Positions 46,627 to 62,396 of a stretch of 64,000 nucleotides of DNA are shown here, piece after piece. This DNA is from Eledone cirrhosa (Eukaryota). Numbering within the stretch: the stretch's first letter is position 1; each line of letters starts with the position of its first letter. The notes under the pieces are model-generated. The model saw nothing but the letters and a program-made list of their open reading frames with translations, did not search any database and was not told where the DNA came from. The translations under genes were made by a program, and so were the position numbers. The stretch covers positions 124,806,001-124,870,000 of the forward strand of contig OZ024744.1 of assembly GCA_964016885.1 (NCBI GenBank), written 5' to 3'.

Positions 46627-48337
46627 TGTGCATACAGGAGTTCCCATGGACAGCCAGTAATATGTAATAGCCTGCAGGATGATAATAAACAGAAGAGGGT
46701 TAATTACAGAGCCCTGATAGAGGGTTAATAACAGAGCCCTGATAGACTTGTTCACTCAACTCCTCACTATAGCCATCATTACTTTTAACCTTACTGACTG
46801 CTCCTCCATACATGGCTTTTACTGCTCTCACAAGCCACTCATATACCCCTAGTTTTCTAAGTTATACACCAGATTAGGGAAGGGGGAAGTCTCACAGAAG
46901 CTCTCTCTGGGTCAACAAATGCCAAGTAGAGGGGCTTATTTTAGCTAGGTACTACTCTTGCAGTTGCCACACAAGGAAGAGGACATCAGTGGTACTTTTA
47001 CCTGGCACAAATCCAAACTTCATCTCATCTAGGTTAACTTGGTCCCTAATCAGCTGTGTTATAAATCTAACACCTTCATGAAGTGGTCCATCTAATATCT
47101 CTATAGTTTTCTAGCTCTAGTACATCTCCTTTGCCCTTGTAGCAGTTGATGATGATGATACTACACCATTTATTTGGTATGACACCATTTTGTATTACAT
47201 GCTGTACGATACCAGTGGTTAAGATGTGACCCACCATCCCAGATACTTTCAGTATCTCAGCAACTATCACCAATGGACAAGATACTTTCTCTGTCTTCAT
47301 ATCCTTAATTACCTTACTTCATATCCTTAATTACCTTACTGCTTACTTGTATGGCTGGACCCTCTGTTGGGCCCACTTTCCGTAGACTATCTTCCTCCCA
47401 TGCATTCTCCTCATTCAGTAATCTTTCATAAAGGCATTTCCATGTTACAAAGGTTGGCTGAAAAGTTCATAGACTATCAATGATAGCATGATGCTAGAGC
47501 TGTGAAATCTTGCCTGCATTAATTTCAACTCTTCTTATTAATAACTGCATTGTTTCCTTCCAGGGACTATGTTGAAAAATAAACCTCATTTGGTCATTCC
47601 ATGAGTGTATCTTGGTCTGCCTATGAACTTTTCAGCTGACCCTATTCAGCATCAGTGAGCCCAAATGCCCCATTATCATCCTGGACACACTTTACCCCAA
47701 CATCACAATTTGCCCTCACACACTGCCTCACAATCCTGAACATCTCATGTATTTCATCCTCACATCATAAAACCAACTGAAATTATATATTCTCTGCTTC
47801 CCTCCTTGCAAAGAATACTTCTTGCCTAGCTTCCTGTAGTGTACCCTCCAGCTGCCTCCATTCTGCCATTATTCCATGCCTGTCTCTTGGCCTTAACTGT
47901 CTCATCTACCCTAGTGTTTCACCACCAAGATACTCTCCTCTCTGAAGCCCTGCTCCAGCCACAGATCTAGTTTGACACCTTCAGCAAAGGTTCTTTAAGG
48001 AACTCCCACTGTTCCCCTATATTGTATGTTTCTATTTGTTCTTCCTTACTGTTGTAAAGATCAAACAAAATATCTCTAAATTTGGAACTGGCTGAGGGGT
48101 CCTTTAACTTCCATATCCTTCTCCTCCAAGTTGCCCTCAGTCTTCAAGTTCATCTAAGTCTATGAAATCACTAACTACTGGGTTATGTTGGGAGGTGCAT
48201 TCTTCCCCAGGGGGTGGGGATTGTGTGTTTACAAATGTCAATATCTCATCTTCTGGTGAGGATAAAAATCTGACTGGCATGCTCCTCTGACCAATAGGTG
48301 TTGAAGTGGTTGTCGGGTAAACGTTAAGACCCTCTGA
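46627..48337 (-). pseudogene. Decayed RTE LINE with nested mariner-like MITE at 47446-47645 (second copy)
   Basis: Duplicate of 5010-6720. Confidence 0.7.
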
Positions 48338-48357
48338 TATACATATATATATATATA

Positions 48358-48625
48358 CTAGCAGTGGTACCCGGCGTTGCACGGGATAACGTATTTCGGA
48401 ACGCGGGCCGCCATCTTCCACTTCAGCCGGTCGCCCTAAAGTGTTGGCTATTCAGTCTACTTGAGGCCAGTTGGTGAGGGGGGGTAAAGCTTTCAGTGTG
48501 CTACTACCCTCACGGTCAAATAGAAAGGGAGAGGAAGAAAAGTCAGCGTTAATATCGTGCTACACGTTTGAAAGGTTGGATGACCTTAGAGTTCACCAGG
48601 GTGGGGGGTTCTAAAAGTATCTATC
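48358..48625 (-). mobile_element. Helitron-type 3' end fragment (second copy)
   Basis: Duplicate of 6743-7010; CTAG at 48358-48361. Confidence 0.65.
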
Positions 48626-49574
48626 TTGGTATTTTATCTTAGAAGTAATCATTACAGAGTGTACTGGGTGTATTTTAGTGGGCAGTAATTCCATAAAGAA
48701 CACAGTATAATCTGTGGACACAAGCCTTGCAGTGTGATTACAGGCAGGTTAATGGGAAAGATAGATTATATATGTGACATGATGTACATGAGAAGTGAGG
48801 ACACAGACCACACATGAAATAGATTCCTACAACTGTCAGGGAGGCTCCCTAGAATTACAGATGACATATTTCAATATCTCGGTGATCAAGTTAGCAGTGG
48901 AGGAAGAATCTCTAAAAGTGTAATACCCAGGATAAGGACAGGCTGGAAGAAGTTTAGAGTACTGTTCCATCTGTTGACAACAAAGGGCTTCTCTCTCAGA
49001 ATGGAGGCTAGACTGCTTGATACTTATGTGTGGTCTGCAATCTACACCCCAGCCATGCCCCTTCCACTACCACTCCTTAGCTATTTCTCTCCATTAATAC
49101 TCCTCACATTTCAAGCAGTTTTCTCATCTCAATGAAAGAAAAATATTGGGCTCAAGAGAAGTCTTCAGTTATGCCATGGTGTGGCAACCTCCCTAGGGTT
49201 GGGCAGAGTGTAAATGAGAGTGAAATTAGGTATGAGAGGGATCATATGCAGTATACAAGAGAGTAGATTACATTGGTATGGTCATGTGATGGGTATAAAG
49301 GATGACAGCTGTATAAAAATGTGCTGGGCAATCAAAGTTGATGGAAGTTATGAAGGCGGAAGACCCAGGATGACCTGGGATGAGGTGATAAAAGATGACT
49401 TTGCACAATTGCAACTCTCAAAGACAATGACACAGGATAGAGATCTTGAGATGTATGCAGCAATACAGAAGGCCTGCTTTCCAATGTGCACGGACTCAAA
49501 CATACATCTAGTAGGCCCCTCCTAACCACTATACTCCTTTCCAAACTCCCACACTCCCACTTCTGTACACACCA

Positions 49575-50147
49575 CCTTTAGACTGTAAAGTGGTAGTGTA
49601 CAAGTCACAACAAAAGCACCCAGTCCACTCTGTAAAGTTGATGTGTTGGTGTCATAACAAAAGGCACTCAGTCCACTCTGTAAAGAGGTTGTGTAAGTGT
49701 CACAACAAAGACATCTAGTCCACACTGTAAAGTGGTCATGTAGGTGTCACAACAAAAAGTACCAGTCATTATTGTAAAGTGGTTGTATAGGTGTCATAAC
49801 AAAAAGCACCCAGTCGACACTGTAAAGTGGTTGTGTAGGTGTCAGAACCAAAAGCACCCAGTCCACCCTGTAAAGTGGTTGTGTAGGTGTCATGATAAAA
49901 AGCACCCAGTCCACACAGTAAAGTGGTCATGTAGGTGTCACTAAAAAAGCACCCAGTCTACTCTGTAAAGTGGTCATGTAGGTGTCATGACAAATAGCAC
50001 CCAGTCCACCCTGTAAAGTGTTCATGTAGGTGTCATGATGGAGAGTAACCAGTCCACAATGTAAAGTAGCCATGTAGCTGTCATAACAAAAAGCACCCAG
50101 TCGACACTGTAAAGTGGTCATGTAGGTGTCATTTCAAAAAGCACCCA
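49575..50147. repeat. 48-bp minisatellite (second copy)
   Basis: Duplicate of 7960-8530 with one monomer variant. Confidence 0.85.
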
Positions 50148-50378
50148 GGTCCATGGCTTGGCCTGCTAACCGACGCTATACCCAAGTCGGTCGCCATGCT
50201 TTCCAGCATAGAGTTACGTCTCTTTATGGTCTGAGTTCAAATCACGCCGAGGTTAACTTTGCCTTTCATCCTTACGGGGTCGATAAAATAAAGCACCAGT
50301 AATGTACTGGGGTCGATTTAATCGACTTTCCCCTCCTCTGCCAAATGACACACACATGCATGGTTCGGGGGAACCTAC

Positions 50379-50440
<62 letters not shown>

Positions 50441-51319
50441 GTAGGTCACTGGTTGAGTCGGTATTAACCACAGTAACTAAGGTACTCAATACATATTAGA
50501 TATAGGTGTCTTTCTAATTGCTGGCCTTGTTCATAAGGTATACACAAGTATGATGTGTGTCTGTTTAACTGTACGTGTGAAAACATCGCGAAATTGCGCC
50601 TTTTAATATTTGAATATAAACAGTTAAAAAATAATTATTTTAGTAATTTTTAAATATCGATAATGTGTATATAAATATTAGAAATCAATTTAATTAGTTC
50701 AGTAACATTACTCGGAGTTAAGATAAACCTTCATTTGAAGAAATTCGAGATTTGACCAAATAAATAGATTATGTGATCAATAAAAAAAATATGTATACGC
50801 GCTGTGACGACGGGTTGCAGACAGTCAGGCATACAGACACATATTTTAAAGCGTGCGACGTTAAAAGTGTTACTCTCTCTCTTTTTAGATAGATAGACTT
50901 AATTAAAGCAGTTTCACTCTCTCTATATTTCATCAGCTCTCTCTCTCTTAAATTGAAAGATTCATTAAGGCTGAAATAATCTAAACAGTAACATCATTTT
51001 TCGCCAGCTCTAGCTTGCGTCCAGAGATATACACACACATATATATATATTTTTTTTGTTATCGAGTTGAGCTTTGCCAAGCATAGAATTCCAAATTTGA
51101 CCATCTCCACTGAAAATGTTCGTGAAATAGTCTTTAAGAAGCAATTTAATTTTTTCCAACTGAAACTGTAAGTATTTTAAAATTTATTTCAACATGGTCT
51201 TAAAAGATTGTTGGCTTTTTTTAAATTCATAACTATTTACTATGAAATATAAATTATTAAATCCAATTTATTTGATAACCATGATTTGATTTTATAATTA
51301 CCTGAATCACGTTAACATG

Positions 51320-51366
<47 letters not shown>

Positions 51367-51626
51367 GTGTGTGTATATATATATATATATAATAATTGTT
51401 TCTACGTTACGCAGTGTATTACTGGTACTGTATTTTACGATATTAAATATTAAATATTAACTATTAGATATTAAATATTAAATATTAGATATTAGATATT
51501 AAATATTAAATATTAAATATGATATCCCTGAAATATATATAATGAAATAAATATGGTTTTATAAATGTAATTTCCATTTGTTTAATATCAAATATATATA
51601 TATATATATATATGTATTTATGTATA

Positions 51627-51678
<52 letters not shown>

Positions 51679-51717
51679 GCAGACACAGACACAGAATATC
51701 GTATATATCACACACAC

Positions 51718-52209
<492 letters not shown>

Positions 52210-52210
<1 letters not shown>

Positions 52211-52555
52211 CTGTCTCTCTCCCTGTCTCTCACTCTGCCTCTATCCCCCCTCTCTCTCTCTGTCTCTCCCCCCCCCCCTCTCTCTCTCTCTAGTAGTAGA
52301 GAGAGAGAGAGATATAAACGTATAACCCTAAACCTAACCCATCTCTCTCACTCTCTCTCTCCCCCTCTCTCTCTCTTCTCTCTCTCACTCTCCCTCTACC
52401 CCTCCCTCTCTCTATTTCTCTCTCTCTCTCTCCAGTAGTAGAGAGAGACAAAGAGAGAGAGAGATATAAACGTATAACCCTAACCAAACCCTAACCCAAC
52501 TCTAACCCAACCCTAACCCTAACCCCAACCCTAACTCTAACCTAACCCTAACCCA

Positions 52556-52586
<31 letters not shown>

Positions 52587-52920
52587 ACCCCCTCTCTCTC
52601 TCTCTAGTAGTAGAGAGAGAGACAAAGAGAGAGAGAGAGATATAAACGTATAACCCTAACCCATCTCTCTCTCTCTATTTCTCCCCCCCTCTCTCTCTCT
52701 CTAGTAGTAGAGAGAGAGAGACAAAGAGAGAGAGAGATATAAACGTATAACCCTAACCCAACCCTAACCTCTCTCTCTCCCCCCTCTCTCTCTCTATTCC
52801 CCCCCTCTCTCTCTCTCTCTAGTAGTAGAGAGAGAGACAGAGAGAGAGAGAGAGATAGATATAAACGTATAACCCTAACCCAACCCTAACCCATCTCTCT
52901 CTCTCTCTCTCTCTCTCTTT
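52210..52920. repeat. Compound (CT)n/(AG)n/(CCCTAA)n repeat, 5 modules (second copy)
   Basis: ATAAACGTATAACCC occurs five times, against three in copy A. Confidence 0.85.
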
Positions 52921-54469
52921 GTTTTTAACATTGTTTTGTTTTTCTTTTCTTTTCTTATTCAGATGACAAACGGCAGAGGATACAACAGAAGAAAAGAACA
53001 AAGATAATTATTATTATTATTACTATTATTATTTGTTTTATTATAATCAAAATATGCTGTTAGTTAGATCTGCATTGCGTACATTTTATATAATTTATGC
53101 CAGTTCCTTTTCTGCATATCGAACATGGCCATTTCCCTGACGGAATAGAGTTTTGTCCTCTTTCGTGACACAAAGTACAGCCAGCGGCATCATTGCGGAC
53201 AGACTTAATCCCGAATTGCACTGACACACTGCCTCGCAATACGGAACACCGCACGTCTTTGATCTTCTTCCCGTCGATCAGCCTCCTTGCCATGCTAAGT
53301 ACACCTGACGTCTAGCTTCTCTCTTAGCGGCGGCTTTATATTCTTCTCTACTCCCACTAATTTTCCAAGCATTCCATGCTAGCCTTTAGTCTCCAATGGC
53401 CCGATCTACCGTGCTGTCCCACCACCATGTCACTCTCTGTCTGGTTGGAACTCTGATCCAGCCACAAGTTTAATCAGTAGCCTGCAATAAGTTGTCACAT
53501 AAGAAAATCGAGTTCTCATGTATGTCATACGACTGTGAATCGTCTTCTTTTTCGTCATACACATATTGAAGGGCTTTCCTAAATTTCTATTTTAGTGAAA
53601 TCTCTTTTAGCTTCCAGACCTTTCTTTTTTCCACATCTTCCTGTATGTCTCAATCATACCTGGAGCTGTCCAACATGACCATTGAAATCCCCTGCTAGCA
53701 TAACGATGTCTCCGTCCTGTCATTGTGGCTGTTTGTAAAAATTGCTTGTAAATGAAGTCTTTCTTTTCTTTACCTAGCAGAAGCAATTAACACTAACCCA
53801 ACTGTAACACTAACCCTAACACTAACTTATGCAGGCCTAGGTAAAGACAAGAAAGATAAAACAAGGAGTGATGCTTCTTGAATTTTGTGATGCAAGTGTT
53901 TTAACCATTTGCAAAACCAACTTCCACAAACCTGCCTCACTGCCGCCTAATAACCTACAAATCAGGCAAGCACAGAAGCCGGATTTCTCGGTAGTTAGGC
54001 AGCGAGACAGACAGATGGGGTGTGAAGTACCAGGGTGTGCCCCGGGGAGGAATGTTTCCCACAGCGTGGGTTGGTTGTTGGTGATGTCTCGGTTATCTTG
54101 AGACGGAGTGAGACGTGCAGGAATACTCTCACGGAATCGCCAAATGAGGTTTATTTTTCAACATAGTCCCTGGAATGAAACAATGTGGTTATTAAGAAGA
54201 ATTGAAATTAATGTAAGATTTCACAGATCTATGATCAATCCTTCACAGTCAGCTTACAAAGTTTTCAGCCAAACCTTGTGTATTTCCAACATTTCAAACC
54301 CTATCTAGGACTACATTATCTAATGTACAGTACAGTAGTTAGTATTAGTGGCTATCAGACATAGTGTATCTAAATGCAACATTTTTAACATTGTTTTTTT
54401 TTTCTTTTCTTTTCTTTTCTTATTCAGATGACAGACGGCAGAGGATACAATAGAAGAAAAGAACAATGA

Positions 54470-54892
54470 TAATTATTATTATTATTATTGTTGTTATTCC
54501 TTGAATCTCAGTCATTGATGTTGGTTAACTGGAAAGTCCGTTGGAATGAATATCAAGCCACTACCTGCAGCCTCAGATATTCAGGACGTATCGGAGGGTT
54601 CTTGCTGTTCCAAGCAAGCATGCCTTTTGAAGCGTTCCAAAAAGCGTGAAGGGGCCGATTTTCTTTAACCATCCCTGGAAACTTTTGGAGATGGACAAAA
54701 AACTGGAACACAATAGACCTGACCTGGTGGTTGTGGACAAAGAAAAAAGATCGTGTCTGATTGTGGATGTGGCCTGCCCGTTCAACACGAGAGTGCAAGA
54801 GAAGGAGAGGGAGAAAATTAACCGATACCAGGACCTAAAGTGGGAGGTGAAAAGGATTTGGAACTGCCATGAAGTCAAAGTGATCCCGATTG
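54470..54892 (-). mobile_element. R4/Dong-like 5'-inverted fragment (second copy)
   Basis: Duplicate of 16290-16712. Confidence 0.8.
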
Positions 54893-54933
<41 letters not shown>

Positions 54934-55494
54934 TATTATTTGTTTTATTATAATCAAAATATGCTGTTAGTTAGATCTGCATTGTGTACATTTTATATAA
55001 TTTATGCCAGTTCCTTTTCTACATATCGAACATGGCCATTTCCCTGACGGAATAGAGTTTTGTCCTCTTTTCTACTCATCAACACTCATTCGTGACACAA
55101 AGTACAGCCAGCGGCATCATTGCGGACAGACTTAATCCTGATTTGCACTGACACACTGCCTCGCAATACGGAACACCGCACGTCTTTGATCTTCTTCCCG
55201 TCGATCAGCCTCCTTGCCATGCAAAGTACACCTGACGTCTAGCTTCTCTCTTAGCGGCGGCGGCTGTATATTCTTCTCTACTCCCACTAATTTTCCAAGC
55301 ATTCCATGCTAGTCTTTAGTCTCCAATGGCCCGATCTACAGTTTCTGTCTCAACTCGTCTATGCTTGGTCGTTCCCGCACATTGACATTGCACATCCAAC
55401 GGAGCATGCTTGCTTCATTTCTCTCCAGCCGTCGCATGTCCTCTGCAGTTGCTGCCCGTGTCTCACTACCATGCAGCATCGCGCATCTAAACCT

Positions 55495-56370
55495 GGCCCT
55501 TACCCTAACCCCAACCTCTTTGGTTTTCGTTTTCTCGACGGCTAGCCGCATTTCGTGATCCGCCTTTCGATTGCGCTTCCGTCGCGGCAAAAGAATTGCC
55601 TTTCCAGACCGCCGTCGCCCGACCGGACCCATGATAGAAGACGTTCGTTACCGTTGGAGCAACGCAAATTACTCCTCGGTTGACGCCAAAAACGAACGCC
55701 TTCCCGCCTCGCGCCGCCTTCTCCTCGCCGACCCTCGGCCTCGACGATTAGCCACTTTCCGTCACAGCAGTAGATACGCGTCCGTCGTAATAGCCGTCAT
55801 TTTAACGCAGGAGAAACGCCTAATTGCCCTGCACCGCGTTTGACGGCGATCTACGACGGCGACGATGCGCGCACTCTTCCTTGCTGCGACGAAGGTTTCG
55901 GCTTTTCGTCGTGGACCCGGTCAGGTCATGCCGCTGACCTCGCGTTACGGCGACGCGAGAAGACGTTCGTTACCGCTGGAGCAACGCAAATTACTCCTCG
56001 GTTGACGCCAAAAACGAACGCCTCGCGCCGCCGCTTCCTCCTCGGCCTCGACGATTAGCCGCTTTCCGTCACAGCAGTAGATACGCGTCCATCGTAATAG
56101 CCGTCATTTTAACGCAGGAGAAACGCCTTGACGACGATATACGACGGGTCGACGACGCGCGCACTCTTTCTGCTGCGACGAAGGTTTTGGCTTTTCGTTG
56201 TGGACCCGGTCGGGTCATGCCTCTGACCTCGCGTTGCGTCGCCACCGCCGCGGCGGGCTTGGGTTTAGCCGTAGCTACCCTCGTTTTGCCAACGGCGACG
56301 CGAGAAGACGTTCGTTACCGCTGGAGCAACGCAAATTACTCCTCGGATGAGGCCAAAAACGAACGCTGAA
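55495..56370 (+). repeat. Upstream paralogs of spacer repeat and ETS module (second copy)
   Basis: Duplicate of 17315-18190. Confidence 0.85.
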
Positions 56371-56445
56371 GAGATATTGTCCATGGATATCGGGAATTTT
56401 ACCCGCCCTAGATAGATAGATAGATAGGGATGTATGTATGTATGT

Positions 56446-56487
<42 letters not shown>

Positions 56488-56866
56488 GTATGTATCTTTC
56501 TCATTCTCTCTGTATGTATGTATGTATGTATATATATATAATTATATATTTATAGACATCCTGAAAGCTTTTTAAATGTCTGAGAGATTGGCTAAATATG
56601 TTTTGCAGGTATGACCAGTAAGAGAGAGGTAAGTTATTTCAAAACAATTCTTTGACCATTATTTTAAGGTACTATCTCAGTGTATTTTTAAATTGACCTC
56701 TTGATAGGATGAAATGACCTGTATAATTTTTTTCATATTTAGATGGAATAGAAGAAAAACAAGAAAAATGAAATGAATTCAAACAGAAAATATACACCAA
56801 TGCCAATGGAGGTATGATTTCAGTTTAATCTTAACCTAATGACCACTTTACAGAGTGTACTGGATA

Positions 56867-56949
<83 letters not shown>

Positions 56950-57409
56950 AGGAAGCTCCAACCGTTAAGGTTGTCTTTCCATTTATTAATATATTGTGTA
57001 TTTACTCCACTAAACTGTTGAGTGCTTTATATCAGTTATAAAAAAATTTCAGCTTGTTGAATCCCAAAATAGTTGTTGAAACAGCCACAGCTCAGCCGTC
57101 GGGGTCCTGAATATTTATCATATATATATATACGTATGAGTGTGTGTGTTTTGAGAATTAATAATTATATAAACAAGTTTGTAATGAACAATTTATTTCT
57201 TATCAAAACTGTATAAACATGATATTATTTACAGTAAGAATAACAATAATAATGATGGTTTCTAGTAAAGGTGGAAGGCCAGTAATTTGGGGGAGGGGAA
57301 AGTTGATTAAATCGAAGAGAGAAAGAAAGAAAAAACAGAACGGGAAGGAGAGGGGATGGCAAGAGGTCCGGTGTCGCAGGAGAGAGGGGAGGGTGGTTGA
57401 GCTTTGAGT

Positions 57410-57897
57410 CTAGGGCAAGAGGGCAGAAATGCTGCGCCCCACGGATAAGACGGCAAAAATATTCTCGCGGACGATGGCCAGAGATACCCAATGCAACAAC
57501 CACCCAACCTCGCGGTGTTCCCTCCTCAGATGGGCTGCTGACTCTCCGATCTTTTGGAGGAGCTCGGCAGTACAAGGTCCAAGTACTCCTGGGGTCTCGA
57601 CGTTGACTGGTGCAGAGAGGAAGTGGCCGGACAATCCTCGGTATTTGTTTATTTTACGTTCTTCTGCGAGGTGGGCTGCGATGCCGGGGTTTGTGACCGA
57701 AACGACTTGGAAACGAAGTTGTAGGCGGAGATTGTGTCGTAGCTGGTGGTGTCCCAGATGAGGGACCTACGTCCTTCGAATGGGAAGAGAGTGATTCCGT
57801 CGGGGCGCTTGCCATCTCCGGGACCTGTTGGCCCCAGTTGTGATGGGAAGCCAGCTGCGTCCAGGCTTCTTCTCAATATGTCGTTGACAACGACGTG
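57410..57897 (-). pseudogene. CRE-like RLE fragment (second copy)
   Basis: Duplicate of 19228-19715. Confidence 0.7.
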
Positions 57898-58444
57898 TAT
57901 CTATTCAATAATTATTTGAATATTGAAATTTTAGGTTTAACTACCTTTTAAACCAAATACATTAAGAAAGGCATGACCAACACCACATCATTTTTATTTC
58001 TATTTTGAAAGTAGGTTTATAAGTATTAAATTTCAGTAGATTCTTATATCCTTCATGGTGGTCTGGTGGGAGATACGAGAGATGGTGGAGGTTCTGGTCT
58101 GGGGTTCAATCCTGCTCAGGAGATACTCTAAGGGGGTTCATACTAAACTTCTTCAGTGTTTCTTATCTCTAGAGACAAATATATATACATAAGGTAATCT
58201 GGTAAAGTTGTTAGAACATCACATAGAATTCTTTGTAGTATTTTTTCCAGTTCTTCAATCTGAGTTCAACTTTACTTTTCTTCCATTCGGGGTTGATAAT
58301 AACGTACCAGTCAAATACTAGGGGTTAATTCTTCCTCTATATCTCTTTCTCACTCTCTGTCTGTTTTATTAAGACCTGGAGAGGTGATGTACTCTACCAG
58401 GTTTTATAATGAGTGATGGGGTCATACCTGCCTGCTACACCTCT

Positions 58445-59543
58445 GTGTACTAAGTGTAGCATATTATATCCTTGTTCAGGGCCTTCCTGACATTACTGTG
58501 TACTAAGGGTAGCATTTTATATCCTTGTTCAGGGCCATCTTAACATTGCTGTGTACTAAGTGTAGCATATTATATCCTTGTTCGGGGCCTTCCTGACATT
58601 AGTGTGTACTGAGTGTAGATTTTAACATCCTTGTTCTGGGCCTTCCTAACATTACTGTGTACTGAGTGTAGATTTTAACATCTTTGTTCAGAGCCTTCCT
58701 TACATTACTGTGTACTAAGTGTAGCATTTCATATACTTGTTCTGGGCCTTCCTAACGTTACTGTGGAAATAGTAGTTTATATCCAATATGTAATATAGAT
58801 ATGGATTCTACAGGACTAAAACTCATTAATATGAGGGGTATTAGTAGATTATATGCCATATTTAATAGAGAAATGGCTTCTACAAGACTAAAACTCATTA
58901 ATATGAGGGGTATTACAGTTTATATGCCATATTTAATACAGAAATGGCTTCTAAAGGACTAGAACTCTTTAAATTGAATAAAATAGTAGTATATATCCTA
59001 TGTTTAATACAGAAATGCCTTCTAAAGGACTCATTAATATGAGGGTATTAGTAGATTATATAACATATTTAATACAGAAATGGCTTTTAAATTCAGGGAC
59101 TCGTTAATTTGATGGAAATAGTAGTGTCTATGCAATATTTAATACAGAAATAGCTTCTACAGGACTAAAACTAATTAATATGAGGGGTATTAGTAGTATA
59201 TGTGCCATATTTAATACAGAGATGGCTTCTAAATGGAGGTATCTCATTAATTCGATTGAAATGGTAGTGTATATGCAATATTTAATACAGAAATAGCTTC
59301 TACAAGAATAAAACTCATTAATATGAAGGTTATTATTACATTATATGCCATATTTAATACAGAAATCGGTTCTAAAGGACTAGAACTCTTTAATTCAAAT
59401 CAAATAGTAGTATAAAGCAATATTTACTACAGAAATGGCTTCTACAAGACTAAAAATCCTTAATATGAGGGGTATTGTTAGATTATATACCATATTTAAT
59501 ACAGAAATGGCTTCTAAATGAAGAAATCTCTTTAATTCGATAG
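58445..59543. repeat. 53-bp and 71-bp minisatellites (second copy)
   Basis: Duplicate of 20263-21360. Confidence 0.85.
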
Positions 59544-60197
59544 TAATAGTAATAATAATAATAGTAATAGTAATAATACAGCCAATTTTCCACGCAATAC
59601 TTTTAGTTAGCACCCCGAACGCATAATTGGGAATATAATCACTTATTTCCTAATGTTTGTTGAGTGAGTTGGGAAAAAAAACTTGGGAAATATATTTTCA
59701 GGGTCTCAAAATCTTAAAGAGAAAAAAAAGTCCTGTGGAAGGTAGCAAAACAATTAGGAAGAAAATGGTTTGAAGTTGGTTGGTGAGTATAAGATTACAG
59801 TATCTTGTTGATTTCTATAAAGTTTACTTTTAACTGAATTGGTAAAAATGGATAAATTAGAAGACACAATATAATAACTAATATTGTCTTCTAAAACAGG
59901 GAATAAAAATATGTTGGTGTATTGGGGGGGGGGGGGGGTAAACATGTGAGTTAATGGGAATGTTTTTGTTTGTTTTTATTGAAACATATTCAATCTACAG
60001 ATAGGTTGTTATAGTTATTTAGTCTCGGGTCTGCCATTATCTGCAGATTTATAATTGAGGGGTGTTCCAGGTGTGACCACCCTACATTATTCCTAGAGAT
60101 TGTTACTCCTTCATTCTTCAGTCATCTTGGTCTTCTTATGAGATGGTGGTGTAGTCTTATTTATTGTTAAGGTTATGGTCTTCCTTTGTCCACACTC

Positions 60198-60235
<38 letters not shown>

Positions 60236-60369
60236 AAAGGCTTCCTTCTCTGGAAAAAGATGATTTAATATTCACAACCATCTGTCTAATTGTTTTCTGA
60301 TGAGAATAAAGTTAATCTTGCTTGTATGTCTACCTGATCAAATGACTGGCTGATATCTTGAAGTCATTT

Positions 60370-61270
60370 ACACCACAGAACTGTAGGAGTCTTGATCCCT
60401 CAAGCCATACCTCTAGCCATCATGTACTCCAAAAGAGTCTCACCTTGGTGCTACTCAACATGTCCATTAAATTTAGCAGCAAGGATGCCCTCTTCTTAGT
60501 GAGAGACAACTACAAGAGAGGTTCTTAGAGAAGAATAAGCCACTATAGTTAACTTTTGTTGACATAGAGAACCCCGATCTGTCATCTGGTGGTCCTTAAG
60601 GAAACTAGGTGTAGGGGAATGGCTTGTGAGGACAGTGCAAGCTATGTACAAGGGTGCTGTCAGTAAAGTGAGAGGAGGAATTCCAGAAACAAAGTAGGTG
60701 TACATCAGGGTTCGGTCCTCAGTCCGCTCTTGTTCATTATAGTCCTCCCTCCCTCCCTCCCTCCCTCCCTCCCTCCAAGCCATAACAGAGGAGGAGTAGT
60801 TTAAGACTGGATGCCCATGGGAACTTCTCTATGCTGACGATCTGGTTCTTATAGCAGAATCAGTAGAGGAGCTAGCTAGAGAATAAATTCTGGCTATGGA
60901 AACAGCAGTAGTTGGAATCAAGAAGACTGAGAGTGAACCTAGCTAAGACAAAAGTGTTTATAAGTAGAAGAGAGGACAAAACTCTGATTCTGTCAGGGAA
61001 ATGGCCATGTTCGATATGTAGGAAAGGAGTTGGCATAAATTCTATGAAATGTAGTACGCAATGCAGATCTTGGCTACACAAGAGATGTAGTGGGATAGCA
61101 GGAAAACTGACTGACAGGTAGGGAGAAATACGTATGCAGTAGATGTACAGGGAAATTTGACAGAGATTGCAGTGATAGACACATTTTTCAAATGCAGGTG
61201 GGATCTATAGAGGGAGTTGATAGCTTCTGATACCTAGGTGATCAGATTAGTAAGGGAGGAGGGTGATATA
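60370..61270 (+). pseudogene. Decayed RTE RT region (second copy)
   Basis: Duplicate of 22190-23090. Confidence 0.8.
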
Positions 61271-61794
61271 AAATATATTGTTATCATGACTGTCTTTATT
61301 ATTTAAATTACCTCTGTCTATTTACAGATTTTACAGAGTGTACTGGGTGCTTTTATGATGGGAGCAGCAACTCTATACGATTTTACAGAGTGTACTTGGT
61401 GCTTTTATCATGGCACATGGCAGCAGCAGCAGCAGCAACTACGATTTTACAGAGTGTACTTGGTGCTTTTTACTCTGACATCAGCACTGAGGAAGTTGTC
61501 ATATTTTCAGCTAAATTAATGAGTAGAAAAACCAAGTTTCTGCTACAAAAAATTCTCAGATTCAAGGGAGACATTCAGTTTAAGTATGGTATACTGTCAC
61601 TAAGGCAGCAAATTGGCAGAGTCGCTAGAATATCAGATAGCATTCTTTACATTATTTGTTTCAGCTCTCTGTTCTCTCAATTCAAATCCTGCTCAGGTCA
61701 ACTTTGCCTTTCATCCATACAAAATAGATTAATAAAAGTACCAGTGTATTACTGGGGTCAATTCTTCTTCTAACTCTTCTGCACTTCCATTCTC

Positions 61795-61837
<43 letters not shown>

Positions 61838-62396
61838 GCTTCTTTAGAACACATCTGCTGTATTCAGACCTGGAGCGGAGATGGGCTCCACCAAGTTTTA
61901 AAAATTGCCCTTTAAGCGCTGTATGTCAATATGGTGCCCCTATGATTCCCTCCCTCAGGAGTTATGGGACCATAGATACTGTCAATTGTAAAGAATAACA
62001 GAGATATTCAGTGCTAGTGTGGTGTTCTGTCAGTTGTGGAGATTGATGAATCTAAACAGAAATATCAACAGCACTTTTCATTTCTGAGTAACACATTTGT
62101 TACCAAGTGCTGCATGGCTGGAATGAAAATCAGTGCTGTGAAAACCAAGACATTCATCCTCTCAAGGAAGCTTGTGCAGTGCACTCTACATGTAAATGGA
62201 GTCCCACTGAAGCAGGTAGAAAAGTTCATGTATCTCGAAGCTGTGTTCACGAGTGATGACAGAGACGGCAAAGGCACAACACACAACAGAAGAAAAGAAC
62301 AATGACAATTATTATTATTATTATTATTATTATTTGTTTTATTAGTTTTATTATAATAAAAATTGTGCTGTTAGTTTGCTTGCTATACCATCATGT